Source: Balanoglossus misakiensis (taxonomy: Eukaryota; Animalia; Hemichordata). From it: a DNA stretch of 64,000 nt. The position numbers and the translations under genes were made by a program. The number at the start of each line of letters is the position of its first letter. The stretch's first letter is position 1. Under the pieces are notes generated by a model, which saw nothing but the letters and a program-made list of their open reading frames with translations, did no database searches and was not told where the DNA came from. This document shows, one piece after another, positions 44,380 to 54,484 of this stretch. The DNA is taken from the NCBI GenBank assembly GCA_040954595.2, contig JBECUI020000032.1, positions 152,570-216,569 on the forward strand, given 5' to 3'.

Positions 44380-44914
44380 ATGAAAAAACTCTTATGGCTT
44401 GTCTTGTTAGTCTCAGTTGCGGTATTATCAGCATACGGGCAGAATATCCTGTTGATTTATGACAGGGCAGATTATAGAAACTTGGAAACCTATGACTTTT
44501 TTCTAGAAGATACCCTATAAATACCTGACTAGAGATCGCAAATATGAAAGGTAAGAAATTGAGTTTCAGAATGGTGATTATGGGCTGCTTCAAGATGAAA
44601 AGCTACTAAACGACTTTGATGTTGTCGTCATAGCTACCATGGCAGAGAGAAATAGCCTCGCCTCACCGCAAGTTGCCAACTTCTATAAGGCGAATAAGGC
44701 CGCCAGTAATTTGCTGCTTCTTGTTTACACCAACGGCAACGGTTTATATAAACCTCCTCAGGATGTCGACGCCATTAGCTCCTCTACCCAGGAATTTCCT
44801 GGGATAGCAACAATAAAGAAGGAACTGGTTCCTAAAATGATCCAAATTTGCCATAATAGTAGAAGCAATTGCCCTTCGGAGCACATCCTCCGAGAGCAAG
44901 GCATACTTTTCTAA
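44380..44914 (+). pseudogene. Disrupted exported hypothetical protein
   Basis: AAGGAG RBS, then MKKLLWLVLLVSVAVLSAYG; the frame breaks repeatedly afterwards. Confidence 0.4.
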
Positions 44915-44929
44915 TAGGAAGTCTGAGGG

Positions 44930-46308
44930 ATGACAAAACTTAAAGCTATAATGCTGCTTCTAGGAGCTTACGTATTTCTTCCTCTTTTTACGGTGGGAAT
45001 ATATGCCCGGGATCAGTACCTAGCATGGGCAGACGCAGGCATTGCTCTTTCTGCTGGCCTTACGGTACTCCCTGGAGTTGTCATGTATTTCTGGTTGCTT
45101 AACCAGTTCATTACAGGTTGCCGTGTAAATGGGTGGAACGTATTCTGGGTATGCCCGGAATGATAAAGGTACACATCATAAACCTGATAGGTGTGTTGGT
45201 TCTGGTGGTTTGGCATGCCATTGTCCGAGGAATACCCGGGCTTGACGTTTTGACTGGTTGGGAGTTGTCGCCATTGCCCTGTTTCTTGTTGTACTCTTAT
45301 CTCTGTAGTCTTATGGATAGAAACTCCTATCATGCGCATTCCCTTTGTACGCCGCATACATGACAAGTATGTCGCGCATCATAAGGGCTCAAATTATGAA
45401 ATCTTGCGACTAGTGCATAATCTTGTATTCCTTGGAGCCGTGGCCTTTTATCTTCATGTTGTCAGATCAGACATGAGCCAGGGCAAGTCTTGGCAGCCGT
45501 ATTATGTTTCACTCTTATTTTGCTCTGACCATGTGGGCCTATGTGCTGCATAAAGTCATCAGACCAAGACTCATAATGGCCCGGACCTGGACTATGACAG
45601 GGTTTTCCGAGGAAAATGAAGATGTACTTCAACTGGAGTTCACAAAAGATTCCAAAGACAAGAAGAAATTTGACTATCAAGCAGGACAGTTCGGATTTTT
45701 TCGTTTTTTATCTGGATCATTAAAGAAAGAAGAACATCCTTTTTCTTTTCTCTCCTTCCTCAGGAGGGGGTAATTAAAATAGGGATGAAAGTCCTTGGAG
45801 ATTACTCCAAAAAACTAAAAAGATAATGTTTCTGAATATATGGGAACAAGGTATGCATAGACGGCCCCTTTGGTAAGTTCACTGTTGCCCAACCAGGAAA
45901 TCCCCTGCTATGCATAGCAGGCGGTATTGGAATAACTCCCTTTATCAGCATACTAAGGGATTACAAATCGTATCGGCCAATAAGAATTCTTTTTGGATAA
46001 CAAGAGTGCTCCTGGGGCCATCGGAACATGAACAGGTATTGTTGTATTGGATGAGATCACCAAAAGACTCCTCCATATTTGCCAAAGAACTGACGGCCTT
46101 GGAGAAAATAAAGAATTCAAGATAGAACGCCTTTTCCCGAACAGAGAAAAAACCCCTGAACAAAAAGGTCTTTTGAGAGCATCAAAGACCTGCATAACCG
46201 AGACATTTTTATTTGTTGCTCCTCTGATCAAACCAAGAGAGTTATGCAGATTTTGTCATCTCTGGGCATACCGCGAAGACATATAAACTATGAACTTTTT
46301 CTATGTAA
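44930..46308 (+). pseudogene. Ferric-reductase-like membrane oxidoreductase (TM + FAD/NAD-binding), multiply frameshifted
   Basis: TM segments with His, YQAGQFGF, EEHPFS, DGPFGKF, IAGGIGITPF. Confidence 0.75.
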
Positions 46309-47025
46309 GCAGAAACTAGCTGCGGCAATATAAAAGAAACAAGGCAAGCTTATTCGGAATCAGATGCTTAGCGGGAAAGCATGGTTTTATTGCCTGTATC
46401 GCCAAGACAGGAAGAGGGCTTAGTTCCACGGCCAACCTGAAAGAAATTTTGGTAGTGTCAAGATTTTGCGCACTTTCAAATCTCCATGTTGAAAGAGCCT
46501 AACGTACATCTTGCCTTATCGCTTTAAGTAAGTCCATATTCAAATATTTTTCTGTACTCCATTTTGTTCCCATGATGTACCTGAGCCTGGCAGCTGATAG
46601 CATAAGGGCCGAATCCCCATCGGGAAATGTTCTGCTAGTTGGTTCTTCGAACCAGGGTTCTGCGTTTGATTTCTTTCATGATTCTTTCAAGAGGATTATT
46701 AGTCCTGATCCGAATCCAATGTTCCTGAGGGAAATACCTATGCTCAAGGTTTCGTGGATATAATTTCTAACCATGTTAGCAGCCTTGGGAAGTTTCATAT
46801 TGCGGAGTTTCGCTTCAATCAGTTGAGCCTTCTCAAGAGCAGCATCACGATCTTCTTGCGCATAAGAATTGCCTTCTCAGCATTGCTGCAACTTCACGAA
46901 CCTTCTCACGGGGAACCACCTGAGAATACATTCCGGTAATAGTGAACAACGCATCGTTGCCATCGTGCTTTAGGGAAAAACTCTTCGATGGATTCAGGCC
47001 AACCCAATGCATTTGTCGCTGCCGA

Positions 47026-47055
47026 AGTAGGGACAGGTCGCGACCTGTCCCTACT
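47026..47055. repeat. Perfect 30-bp palindrome, GTAG-type REP-like (copy 1)
   Basis: AGTAGGGACAGGTCGCGACCTGTCCCTACT equals its own reverse complement. Confidence 0.9.
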
Positions 47056-47278
47056 CATTGATGGGTTGATTCCGCCAAGTATTGATTCTCTACTAAGAGA
47101 TCCTGGTTCAAATTGCTCATTGTCCCAGGGCTTTATCTTGCTTCCCCAAAGGGCCTCGGTAATATCTTTAACTCGGCGCACTGAAACACCGGCTAAATAC
47201 ATTTCAACTAAGGCTTCTTCAACGGATGTTTCCCGGCGTTTATAACGCTCAATAATTGCTGTTTCAAATGGAAGCCGA

Positions 47279-47308
47279 AGTAGGGACAGGTCGCGACCTG
47301 TCCCTACT
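47279..47308. repeat. Perfect 30-bp palindrome, GTAG-type REP-like (copy 2)
   Basis: Identical to 47026-47055; both copies are preceded by GCCGA. Confidence 0.9.
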
Positions 47309-47797
47309 CTTGAAAGCAGTGATATCCAACTTCCTGGTGTAATGTCCAGCACGAGTATCTTTTCGTGCATCCGTAGGTTCGTATTTTTCAGCCTGAAGTA
47401 AAAAATCTACCTCTGCATTGAGCATGGCATTCAAGGTTCCCTCATACGGTTTTTTAACCATTTGGCTGCTCTGTAGGAGACCTTCATCGATCTGTATGAT
47501 CTTTCCCGTGGGGTCTTTTTCTGACCTCATTTTGTCCTCCGTGTGAATGGTTTTGCATTCGATTCCATTTCAACATTGGAGGAGATTTTTTTTTCAATGC
47601 CTTTTTAGAATGTGCGCAATTTTTAAAACACTACCTTATTTAAAAACTCTTTTGGATACAATCTCATAGCAATCCGCAAGATGAAGCAAAATCAGAAAGC
47701 AACAACCGGATTGACAAGAAACTGCAGGAGAAGAAAGAAAAACCTCCAGAGATGCGTCCTCTACGTTACAAGGAAACCCTGTCCCGAAAGACTCAAA

Positions 47798-48871
47798 TCA
47801 TTCGATTTTTGCCCCCCCCAGACAGATATTGTCCTGATAAAACACGGAGAACTGTCCCGAGGCAATGCCTCGATCACCAGTGTCCATTGTGACGAGCAAA
47901 CGTTCTTTTCCTTCCTTGCTGGGGGCCCTGGATCTCAGAGTTCCGGTAAAGAAATGGGGACCATGGCGAATCTTTATTTTTAGCCTGACTCCAATGTCCA
48001 TTCCCTGCGGTGGTCCAGCTATCCAATGGGGCTCAGTTACCACAAAACTACTCAAGGCCTCCGCTTCTTTATCTACTATGATCGTATTTTCCTGAAGATT
48101 CTTACTGACCACATACCAGGGGCCTCCGGAAAGCCCCAGGCCACTACGCTGTCCAATAGTATAAAACCAGACCCCCCTGTGCTTCCCCAAGATCCGACCT
48201 GTCCTACCCTCGACAATAGAACCCTCCCGTTCTCCCAGATAATGCTGGATAAAATCCTGATAGCGAATCTTCCCCAGAAAACATATTCCCTGACTGTCGG
48301 GACGATTGCGGTTCGGCAAGTTCCATTCAATGGCCCGGCGGCGAACTTCCCTTTTATGGAAGCGGCCAAGAGGAAACAGAGCCAAACTCGCCTGTTCCTG
48401 ACTGAGGTGAGAAAGGAAATAAGTCTGATCTTTTACCAGATCAGGCGAACGTAGTACACGAGTCAGCCCATCGGCCCCCAAGTCCAATAAAGCATAATGT
48501 CCTGAGGCCACCCTATCCAGTGATTCCCCCACCCTATCCAGAAAAGCCCCAAATTTTATGCGCTGATTACAAAAAATATCCGGGCTGGGGGTCCTACCCT
48601 CCCGAAGCTCCCCGACCACATAAGAAACAATCCTGTCCCAATACTCGCGCTGAAGAGAAATAATCCGAAGTGGTACTCCCGCCCCCTCACAGACTGAGCG
48701 GGCATAGGAAAGATCCTCCTCCCAGGGACAGGACCCTAGAGAAGCTAAGTCATCATCGAGCCAGATTTTAAGATAGTAGGCTCTAAGATTCTTACCAAGT
48801 CCCTTTTCCTTCAAAATCATTAAAGCAGCAGAGCTATCCACTCCACCGGAAAGGAGTACGCCAATTTTCAT
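47798..48871 (-). CDS. mnmA: tRNA-specific 2-thiouridylase
   Basis: SGGVDS, TPSPDIFCNQRIKFG, KDQTYFL, DSQGICF. Confidence 0.97.
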   Translation of the reverse strand: MKIGVLLSGGVDSSAALMILKEKGLGKNLRAYYLKIWLDDDLASLGSCPWEEDLSYARSVCEGAGVPLRIISLQREYWDRIVSYVVGELREGRTPSPDIFCNQRIKFGAFLDRVGESLDRVASGHYALLDLGADGLTRVLRSPDLVKDQTYFLSHLSQEQASLALFPLGRFHKREVRRRAIEWNLPNRNRPDSQGICFLGKIRYQDFIQHYLGEREGSIVEGRTGRILGKHRGVWFYTIGQRSGLGLSGGPWYVVSKNLQENTIIVDKEAEALSSFVVTEPHWIAGPPQGMDIGVRLKIKIRHGPHFFTGTLRSRAPSKEGKERLLVTMDTGDRGIASGQFSVFYQDNICLGGAKIE

Positions 48872-48964
48872 GAACTCAACTCCCTTGGAGACCCTAAGGT
48901 AACTGAAAACATATTTTCCATACCAGACAATCCTGACTTCTTCCTTAAAACAATAGGAAAAGGG

Positions 48965-50371
48965 TTATCTCTCCGATACCAGGAACTGCCCCATCATTCC
49001 CCTATCGCCATGGGGAAGGATTTGGCATTGATAAAAAAACTTCCCGCTGTAGGGGGCAAAAGTAACAGCAATTTTTACCCTATCCCCCGGCCATATCAAT
49101 ACCGTATCCTTAGGACCGGCCTCCTCAGCTTCTGGAGGCATGGCATTACGTTCCACAATATAAAAGGGAAAGCCCTGAATATGGAAGCTATGAGGAATAC
49201 TCATGTCTCCTGCATGGCTGATTTCCCAAATCTCCGTGTCGCCCTGTTTGATTCTTTCATTAATGCGATTTTCTTTTATGGTCTGCCCATTAATGGTGTG
49301 TTGGTTATTATTGGTTTTCAGGACAAAGGAGCGACGTTTCTTTGTAGGGGGAATTTCTATAACCGGAATCATTGCCTGGTCTAAAGTCTCAATTTTGAGA
49401 CTCTTAGAAGAAGTTCCTCCTTCTAATTCTGGAAGCATGTGGAACCTCAAAGCCCTATGGATCTGACTACCCAACTTTTCCATAACAAAATTTCTATCCT
49501 CCCCCTGGTCCATATGCGAAAGATCCAGCAAAAATTCCCCCCGTTCCCCCGGAGATAAAACAAAGTTCCGCTTTGTAACTCTACGGGGAAGCAAACCACC
49601 ATCCGAGGCGATCATCGTCAAGGTTTCACCAGAAACAGAAATCCGGTAGATACTGGAAGGAGAAGCGTTAAGAATTCTCAGACGAACAAGTTTGCTCCGA
49701 ACCTCAAACACAGGATAAGGAACGCCATTCACCAAGGGAAGATTCTGTTCATGAAACTGCGTGTTTTGGGGGGAGACAAAATAGCCATACTCATCCAGAT
49801 AGACATCCTGCAGAACCAAGGGTATGTCATCGACCCCGTAATCCCGGGGTAGGTCTAAAGTTTCCTCATAGGCATCATCCACAAGAAGAAGCCCAGCTAA
49901 ACCCTTGTATATCTGTTCCCCCGTTTTCCCTGGAACCTGGGGATGGTACCAAAGTGTAGAGGCTTGCTGATCAACCATAAAACTGGTTTCCCATTTGCCT
50001 TTAGGAGCGATAACCTGGTAAGAACTTTCCCTTGGAACCTGAAGTCCGTGCAAGTAAACCCCGGACTCCTCGTCTAAGTGATTCTCCACAACCACATTGA
50101 CCTGCTGTTTCCGTTTCACACGGAGGGTAGGCCCCAGATAGTTGCCGTTATAACCCAAAGTAGGCATCTGTATATCCTTAAAGTAATTCCATACTCCTGC
50201 CTTAACCTCCAGTTTCCAATCCATTTCCGGGGTTTTGGGGTTCAGGTCCTCCAAAAGAGGTGGAATGAACAGAGGAGAAGAATAGGGAAGAACCATTTCT
50301 TCAAGAGACTTCAGTTCAGGGGGAAAGAGGACCAAAAAAATAAGGAAAAAAATAATTTGTGGGTTGATCAT
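48965..50371 (-). CDS. Multicopper oxidase homologue (CueO/FtsP family) with degenerate copper ligands
   Basis: GYNGNYLGPTL, LWYHP, GLAGL, RLRILNAS, HSFHIQG, QCQILPHGDRGMM. Confidence 0.88.
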   Translation of the reverse strand: MINPQIIFFLIFLVLFPPELKSLEEMVLPYSSPLFIPPLLEDLNPKTPEMDWKLEVKAGVWNYFKDIQMPTLGYNGNYLGPTLRVKRKQQVNVVVENHLDEESGVYLHGLQVPRESSYQVIAPKGKWETSFMVDQQASTLWYHPQVPGKTGEQIYKGLAGLLLVDDAYEETLDLPRDYGVDDIPLVLQDVYLDEYGYFVSPQNTQFHEQNLPLVNGVPYPVFEVRSKLVRLRILNASPSSIYRISVSGETLTMIASDGGLLPRRVTKRNFVLSPGERGEFLLDLSHMDQGEDRNFVMEKLGSQIHRALRFHMLPELEGGTSSKSLKIETLDQAMIPVIEIPPTKKRRSFVLKTNNNQHTINGQTIKENRINERIKQGDTEIWEISHAGDMSIPHSFHIQGFPFYIVERNAMPPEAEEAGPKDTVLIWPGDRVKIAVTFAPYSGKFFYQCQILPHGDRGMMGQFLVSER

Positions 50372-50997
50372 AATGTTATCTCAATGTTTTTACGTATTAT
50401 ACCCCCCAAAAGGCCTGAAAACCATCCCGAGAAGTTCAAAATGTTAAAAATGTATTTTTTTTGTTGCCTTGCCTTCGTCAGAAGCCCCTTCTATCAACCA
50501 CGCTCATTAAACAAGAAGGCAAACTCAGGCAGTCTTGTTTTCGCAGACATCGACGTTTACAACAGTATCAGCAGCAGCAAACCGTCAGAACGCCGGCCGG
50601 GTCAGAATTTTCCCACCGCTCTACTCGCGCCTGCCCAGGGCCTACGCCCACCTCGGGCAAGGGGTTTAAATCGGCACTGATGGGGTCATGGACAAGGGAA
50701 GAACGGCACCGAAGAAGAAATTACCCGCCCTGGCAATTTTGAGTGCAGCCTCTGACCGGAAGGCGCAAACAGGTCAAGGACTGCGAAGAAGTGATTCGAT
50801 GGCCTCAACGCTCGAAAAACCGCGAACACTGGCTAAAAAGACAAAATCTCCGAAGGGAATACCTTCGCGGCTTTCTGTAAACCACACAGGGCATCGGTTC
50901 GCCTTAGTTTTTATGGCTCTCTGAAAAATCCTCATAATCCATGGAGTCTGGTTTACAATCAAGGTATGATTTTTATTAATGTTTATGCATTATATTA

Positions 50998-51498
50998 ATG
51001 TTTATGCAGCATCAGTTATTTGTTGATTTGGACGGCGTATTAGTTAACTTTTGTCAGGGTGTAAAACGTATTACCGGAAAGCTTCCAACAGAAATGCCTC
51101 CCCATATAATGTGGCCGCTTCTGGCCAAAGCCAAGAGTTTCTATGAAAATCTGGACTGGATGCCGGGGGGGAAGCAGCTCTGGAAGGCTATAAAAAATCT
51201 CAAGCCCATTATTCTTACGGGACTTCCGGCAGACAAGTGGGCAGAGCCCCAGAAACGTTCCTGGTGTAAACGGGAACTAGGTCAGGAAGTTCCGGTGATT
51301 ACAGGTTTCTCCCGAGAAAAAACTAGACTGGCCCAAAAATGGCTAAGGGCTCGGAAACAAGAACATCTTTGTCCTGTCTTAATAGACGATAGACATAGCT
51401 TGCAAGAACCCTGGGAAGCCGAAGGGGGAACCTTTGTTTTGCACATGGAGGCCAAACAGACCTTGAAAGAATTACAGCGATTGAACATTTTATCCTGA
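50998..51498 (+). CDS. HAD-superfamily 5'(3')-nucleotidase-like protein
   Basis: FVDLDGVL and LIDDR. Confidence 0.75.
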   Translation: MFMQHQLFVDLDGVLVNFCQGVKRITGKLPTEMPPHIMWPLLAKAKSFYENLDWMPGGKQLWKAIKNLKPIILTGLPADKWAEPQKRSWCKRELGQEVPVITGFSREKTRLAQKWLRARKQEHLCPVLIDDRHSLQEPWEAEGGTFVLHMEAKQTLKELQRLNILS

Positions 51499-51655
51499 GC
51501 ATCATTCCCAAGCAAGGCTGTCCAGCTAACCGCAGTGGTTCTCTAAAAGAAAGCTTGTATGTGAAAAAAGGGGGCCTCTCCCCTTTTTTCACTCTACTGT
51601 TTTTCTCCATAGGAAGTTAAACCTCGCAAGGTCACGAAGCTCCCCTAAGCTGGAA

Positions 51656-52060
51656 TTATACGTTTTCTCTAGGCGGCTTGATCATCAGTAAGCCACCTAC
51701 GACCAAGGATGTAGAAAATATGTGAACCATAAGTGCTGCGGCATGGGGAGTCACCAAACCCCACAGCGAGGGGAGCCACCAACCGGCATAATAAAACAAA
51801 ACGCACAGCATTATCACATTCCAGACCTTGCGGTTCTGTTTTTTCATGAAAGCTAGGTAAAAGACTCCCAAGACCACTCCCAAAGCAAGCATACCTCCAC
51901 GAAAGGCATGGTAATTCGTATGCGTCGGCCCGTCAGCCAAGGCAGGGGCCTGAAAATCCTTATCAAAGGTGAAAGCCAAAGTCTGCCAAATACTGATTAA
52001 AGAAAACAAAAGCCCTAAGATAAGTAAGACTTTCCCTATTTTTCCTACTGTTTTTTGCAT
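51656..52060 (-). CDS. Hypothetical membrane protein (about 4 TM)
   Basis: 134 aa with hydrophobic segments; RBS present. Confidence 0.7.
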   Translation of the reverse strand: MQKTVGKIGKVLLILGLLFSLISIWQTLAFTFDKDFQAPALADGPTHTNYHAFRGGMLALGVVLGVFYLAFMKKQNRKVWNVIMLCVLFYYAGWWLPSLWGLVTPHAAALMVHIFSTSLVVGGLLMIKPPRENV

Positions 52061-52099
52061 TTTTTCCTCTTTTTTTGTGTTCGTTCAGGACTCTATTGC

Positions 52100-52984
52100 T
52101 TAGAACTTAACTCTTCTGACCAAAAATTCTGGTATATAATCTTCAAAGTCCGGAACAAGGTAGAAATTGCCATTAGCAAAAGTCATTCCTGAGCTTTCCC
52201 TGGCACCCACAATGCCGTAACTTTCCATTACCTGCTTTGTATTGCGATCAAGCCTAAAAATTGTAGAAAAAGCTTCGCTATAGAGATAAAGCTCATCCCT
52301 AGCAAAAGCGGCTCCGGCTATAGTGAAATCCTGGGGGAAATCAAGTTTGGTTTCTTGCAGGGACTTTGTCTGAAGATCCCATACATACATGTATTTCTCC
52401 GGTAAATTCTTATCAAAAAAATACAATTTCCCGTTGTTGTAGGCCAGACTCCCTATCTTGACCGGTCTTGTTACGGAAGCTAGGGCCGGCGTGGAAGAAA
52501 CAAGTCTCAAGTCTTTAGACACATTAAAATGGTAGATTGTGCCTTCCTCAGAAGCAACATGAAGTATGTTGTTTTCTCCGTAGCTTATTCCCTCAAGATC
52601 TCCATCAACAGGAATTTCCACACTCTCCAAAAGTTTGAAATTCATATCATACTTCAGCACATAGGCCACAGGTCTGGCATTAGCACCGCGGGGCTCATCA
52701 GTAGAAACATAAAAAACCTTATGTTCCCCATCGTAAGCGATTCCAGCAGCAAGAGTTTCCCCACTAAATTTCCATGTTTGCGAAACTTTGAGCTTCTTGG
52801 ATTTCAAGGGAGAATTCAACGTATTGTCATCCAATTCTCTCACGACACCAGGGCTCATCTCCACCATTTGCCTACTGGATCCTGAGCTGCTGTTATTGGC
52901 TTCATTGCCGTAGTTCTGCCCAAAAATCGGGACTCCAAACAAAACCATCAACGCTAAACTCATTCCTAGAACAGTGTTCTTCAT
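52100..52984 (-). CDS. Exported beta-propeller protein (SdiA-regulated/YjiK-like)
   Basis: Signal peptide; repeated blades AGIAYD, DLEGISY, GSLAYN, ESSGMTF. Confidence 0.65.
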   Translation of the reverse strand: MKNTVLGMSLALMVLFGVPIFGQNYGNEANNSSSGSSRQMVEMSPGVVRELDDNTLNSPLKSKKLKVSQTWKFSGETLAAGIAYDGEHKVFYVSTDEPRGANARPVAYVLKYDMNFKLLESVEIPVDGDLEGISYGENNILHVASEEGTIYHFNVSKDLRLVSSTPALASVTRPVKIGSLAYNNGKLYFFDKNLPEKYMYVWDLQTKSLQETKLDFPQDFTIAGAAFARDELYLYSEAFSTIFRLDRNTKQVMESYGIVGARESSGMTFANGNFYLVPDFEDYIPEFLVRRVKF

Positions 52985-53263
52985 TTCTGTACCTCCATTA
53001 AATTCTTATACTTAGCTTATCCAAGCTTGATGTAACTTATGTGAACGAAAAATAAGAAATTCAAGAACAGATAGACAATCGTTTATGAAAGGGATTTTTT
53101 TGCAACTTCCAACTCTTGCGTAGCAGGACTTCTGGTCCCTGCAATGACTTTTCCCTATGATTTTCCTTAAAACAAATCAGTTCCAAGACAGCTCATAAGC
53201 CGTAGGGGAAGATCTCTCCAGCAAAGACTTCTGGCCGCCTGCTTGAAAAACCACCTGCCAAAA

Positions 53264-54304
53264 TCACCGCCGAAAAGTAAGCAGCAAAGGAGCATGATCG
53301 CTGTAACCATCTTCGTTACTCGTAATCCAACGCCAAGGTTCACCGTAGGGATTTCTCATAAGGTCAAAGGCGGGAACAAAACAATTAATAAAACGGAAAC
53401 CTTCCTCATCCAGCAGTCCCGGGGCCAGCAGAGCTCTATCCGGTCTTTCCCATTTCCCATGCCAATAATACGTACCGGGAGGCCCCAGCAAGGAATCGGG
53501 ATCGGGATCGAATAGAACAAGATCCTTGCCATGGATTCCCGCATCTTCCTGCCTGGTCGTTCGATAAAGTCCCGCTGGGTGAGCCTCCTCCTGAGGCGGC
53601 CAGGGAGCCAGAGCCGCAGGTTCAACCAGGCCATTGCCCTCAGTGTTCAGATCACCAAGAAGTATCAGTTCCGCATCGGGTTCTCTCTTCAGAAGAGAAA
53701 GAATCATCTGGGCTGCTGTAACGGCTTCTTGATATCGGGCCGGCTCTGTGGCCTCCAGACCATCCCGGGGAGATTTCCAGTGGACCGCAATAAGCTGAAT
53801 GTTATATCCCTCTACATCAAGCTCCACAAAGAACAAAGGTCTAAGAGGACGTTCCTCCCACCATCCTGTTTGGTAAGATTCAACTCTGAGAATGGGGAAA
53901 CGGCTCAAAACACCTGTCCTCACGGCCCCTTCACCCGGCGACGCTGCAAAAAAATCATAGCCGTATGGCTTTAGAGGTCCTCGATGAAGATCCATTAAGA
54001 CCCTCTTGTTCTCAATCTCACTAAAAACAAGAATATCTGGCCCGCCGCTGGCCGAAGCCAGAATGATCTCCTTTGTTCTATCGAGCCGCCGCTGGTAGAG
54101 ACGCTCATCCCAATAGCCTTCTCCTGGATCAAATTCTCTGTACTCCGTACCATCATCGATTCCATCAAAAAGATTCTGGACATTCCAAGCCATAATACTC
54201 ACTTCACTCCCCGCCGCTGCTCCCCCCAAAAAGCAGCCCATCTGCCACAATCCTCCGACTGACAGAAAAAGCACAAACCTAAGCCTTTGCAATACTTTAA
54301 GCAT
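53264..54304 (-). CDS. Exported endonuclease/exonuclease/phosphatase-family protein
   Basis: WNVQNLFD, SEIEN, HWKS, LGDLN, GYSDHAP; start at 54304 behind GGAGG. Confidence 0.88.
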   Translation of the reverse strand: MLKVLQRLRFVLFLSVGGLWQMGCFLGGAAAGSEVSIMAWNVQNLFDGIDDGTEYREFDPGEGYWDERLYQRRLDRTKEIILASASGGPDILVFSEIENKRVLMDLHRGPLKPYGYDFFAASPGEGAVRTGVLSRFPILRVESYQTGWWEERPLRPLFFVELDVEGYNIQLIAVHWKSPRDGLEATEPARYQEAVTAAQMILSLLKREPDAELILLGDLNTEGNGLVEPAALAPWPPQEEAHPAGLYRTTRQEDAGIHGKDLVLFDPDPDSLLGPPGTYYWHGKWERPDRALLAPGLLDEEGFRFINCFVPAFDLMRNPYGEPWRWITSNEDGYSDHAPLLLTFRR

Positions 54305-54484
54305 TCCACCCTCCGTATATACTGACAGGCCTGAAACCCCTTTGGCCTGAAACGCAGAAGAAAACCATGACCCCGACACAGAATCCTCTCCTGGCATCCC
54401 TTGAGGGAAAAGCCGGATTGAAAAAAAGGAATCCAGAGTTAAGCATTGCTGCAGAAAAGATAAATAGGCTATTCTAAAAGAGTA

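Larger units (their letters stand above)
46451..47635 (-). mobile_element. Decayed IS256-family element
   Basis: Terminal inverted repeats GGTAGTGTCAAGATTTTGCGCAC and GGTAGTGTTTTAAAAATTGCGCAC. Transposase fragments RAGHYTRKL, FETAIIERYKRRETSVEEALVEMYLAGVSVRRV, WQRCVVH. Central part missing; no target duplication seen. Confidence 0.9.

Noticed and set aside
50460-50962. Possible tmRNA, RNase P RNA or small gene
   Set aside because: No recognisable conserved ends or motifs; the short ORFs on both strands are uninformative.
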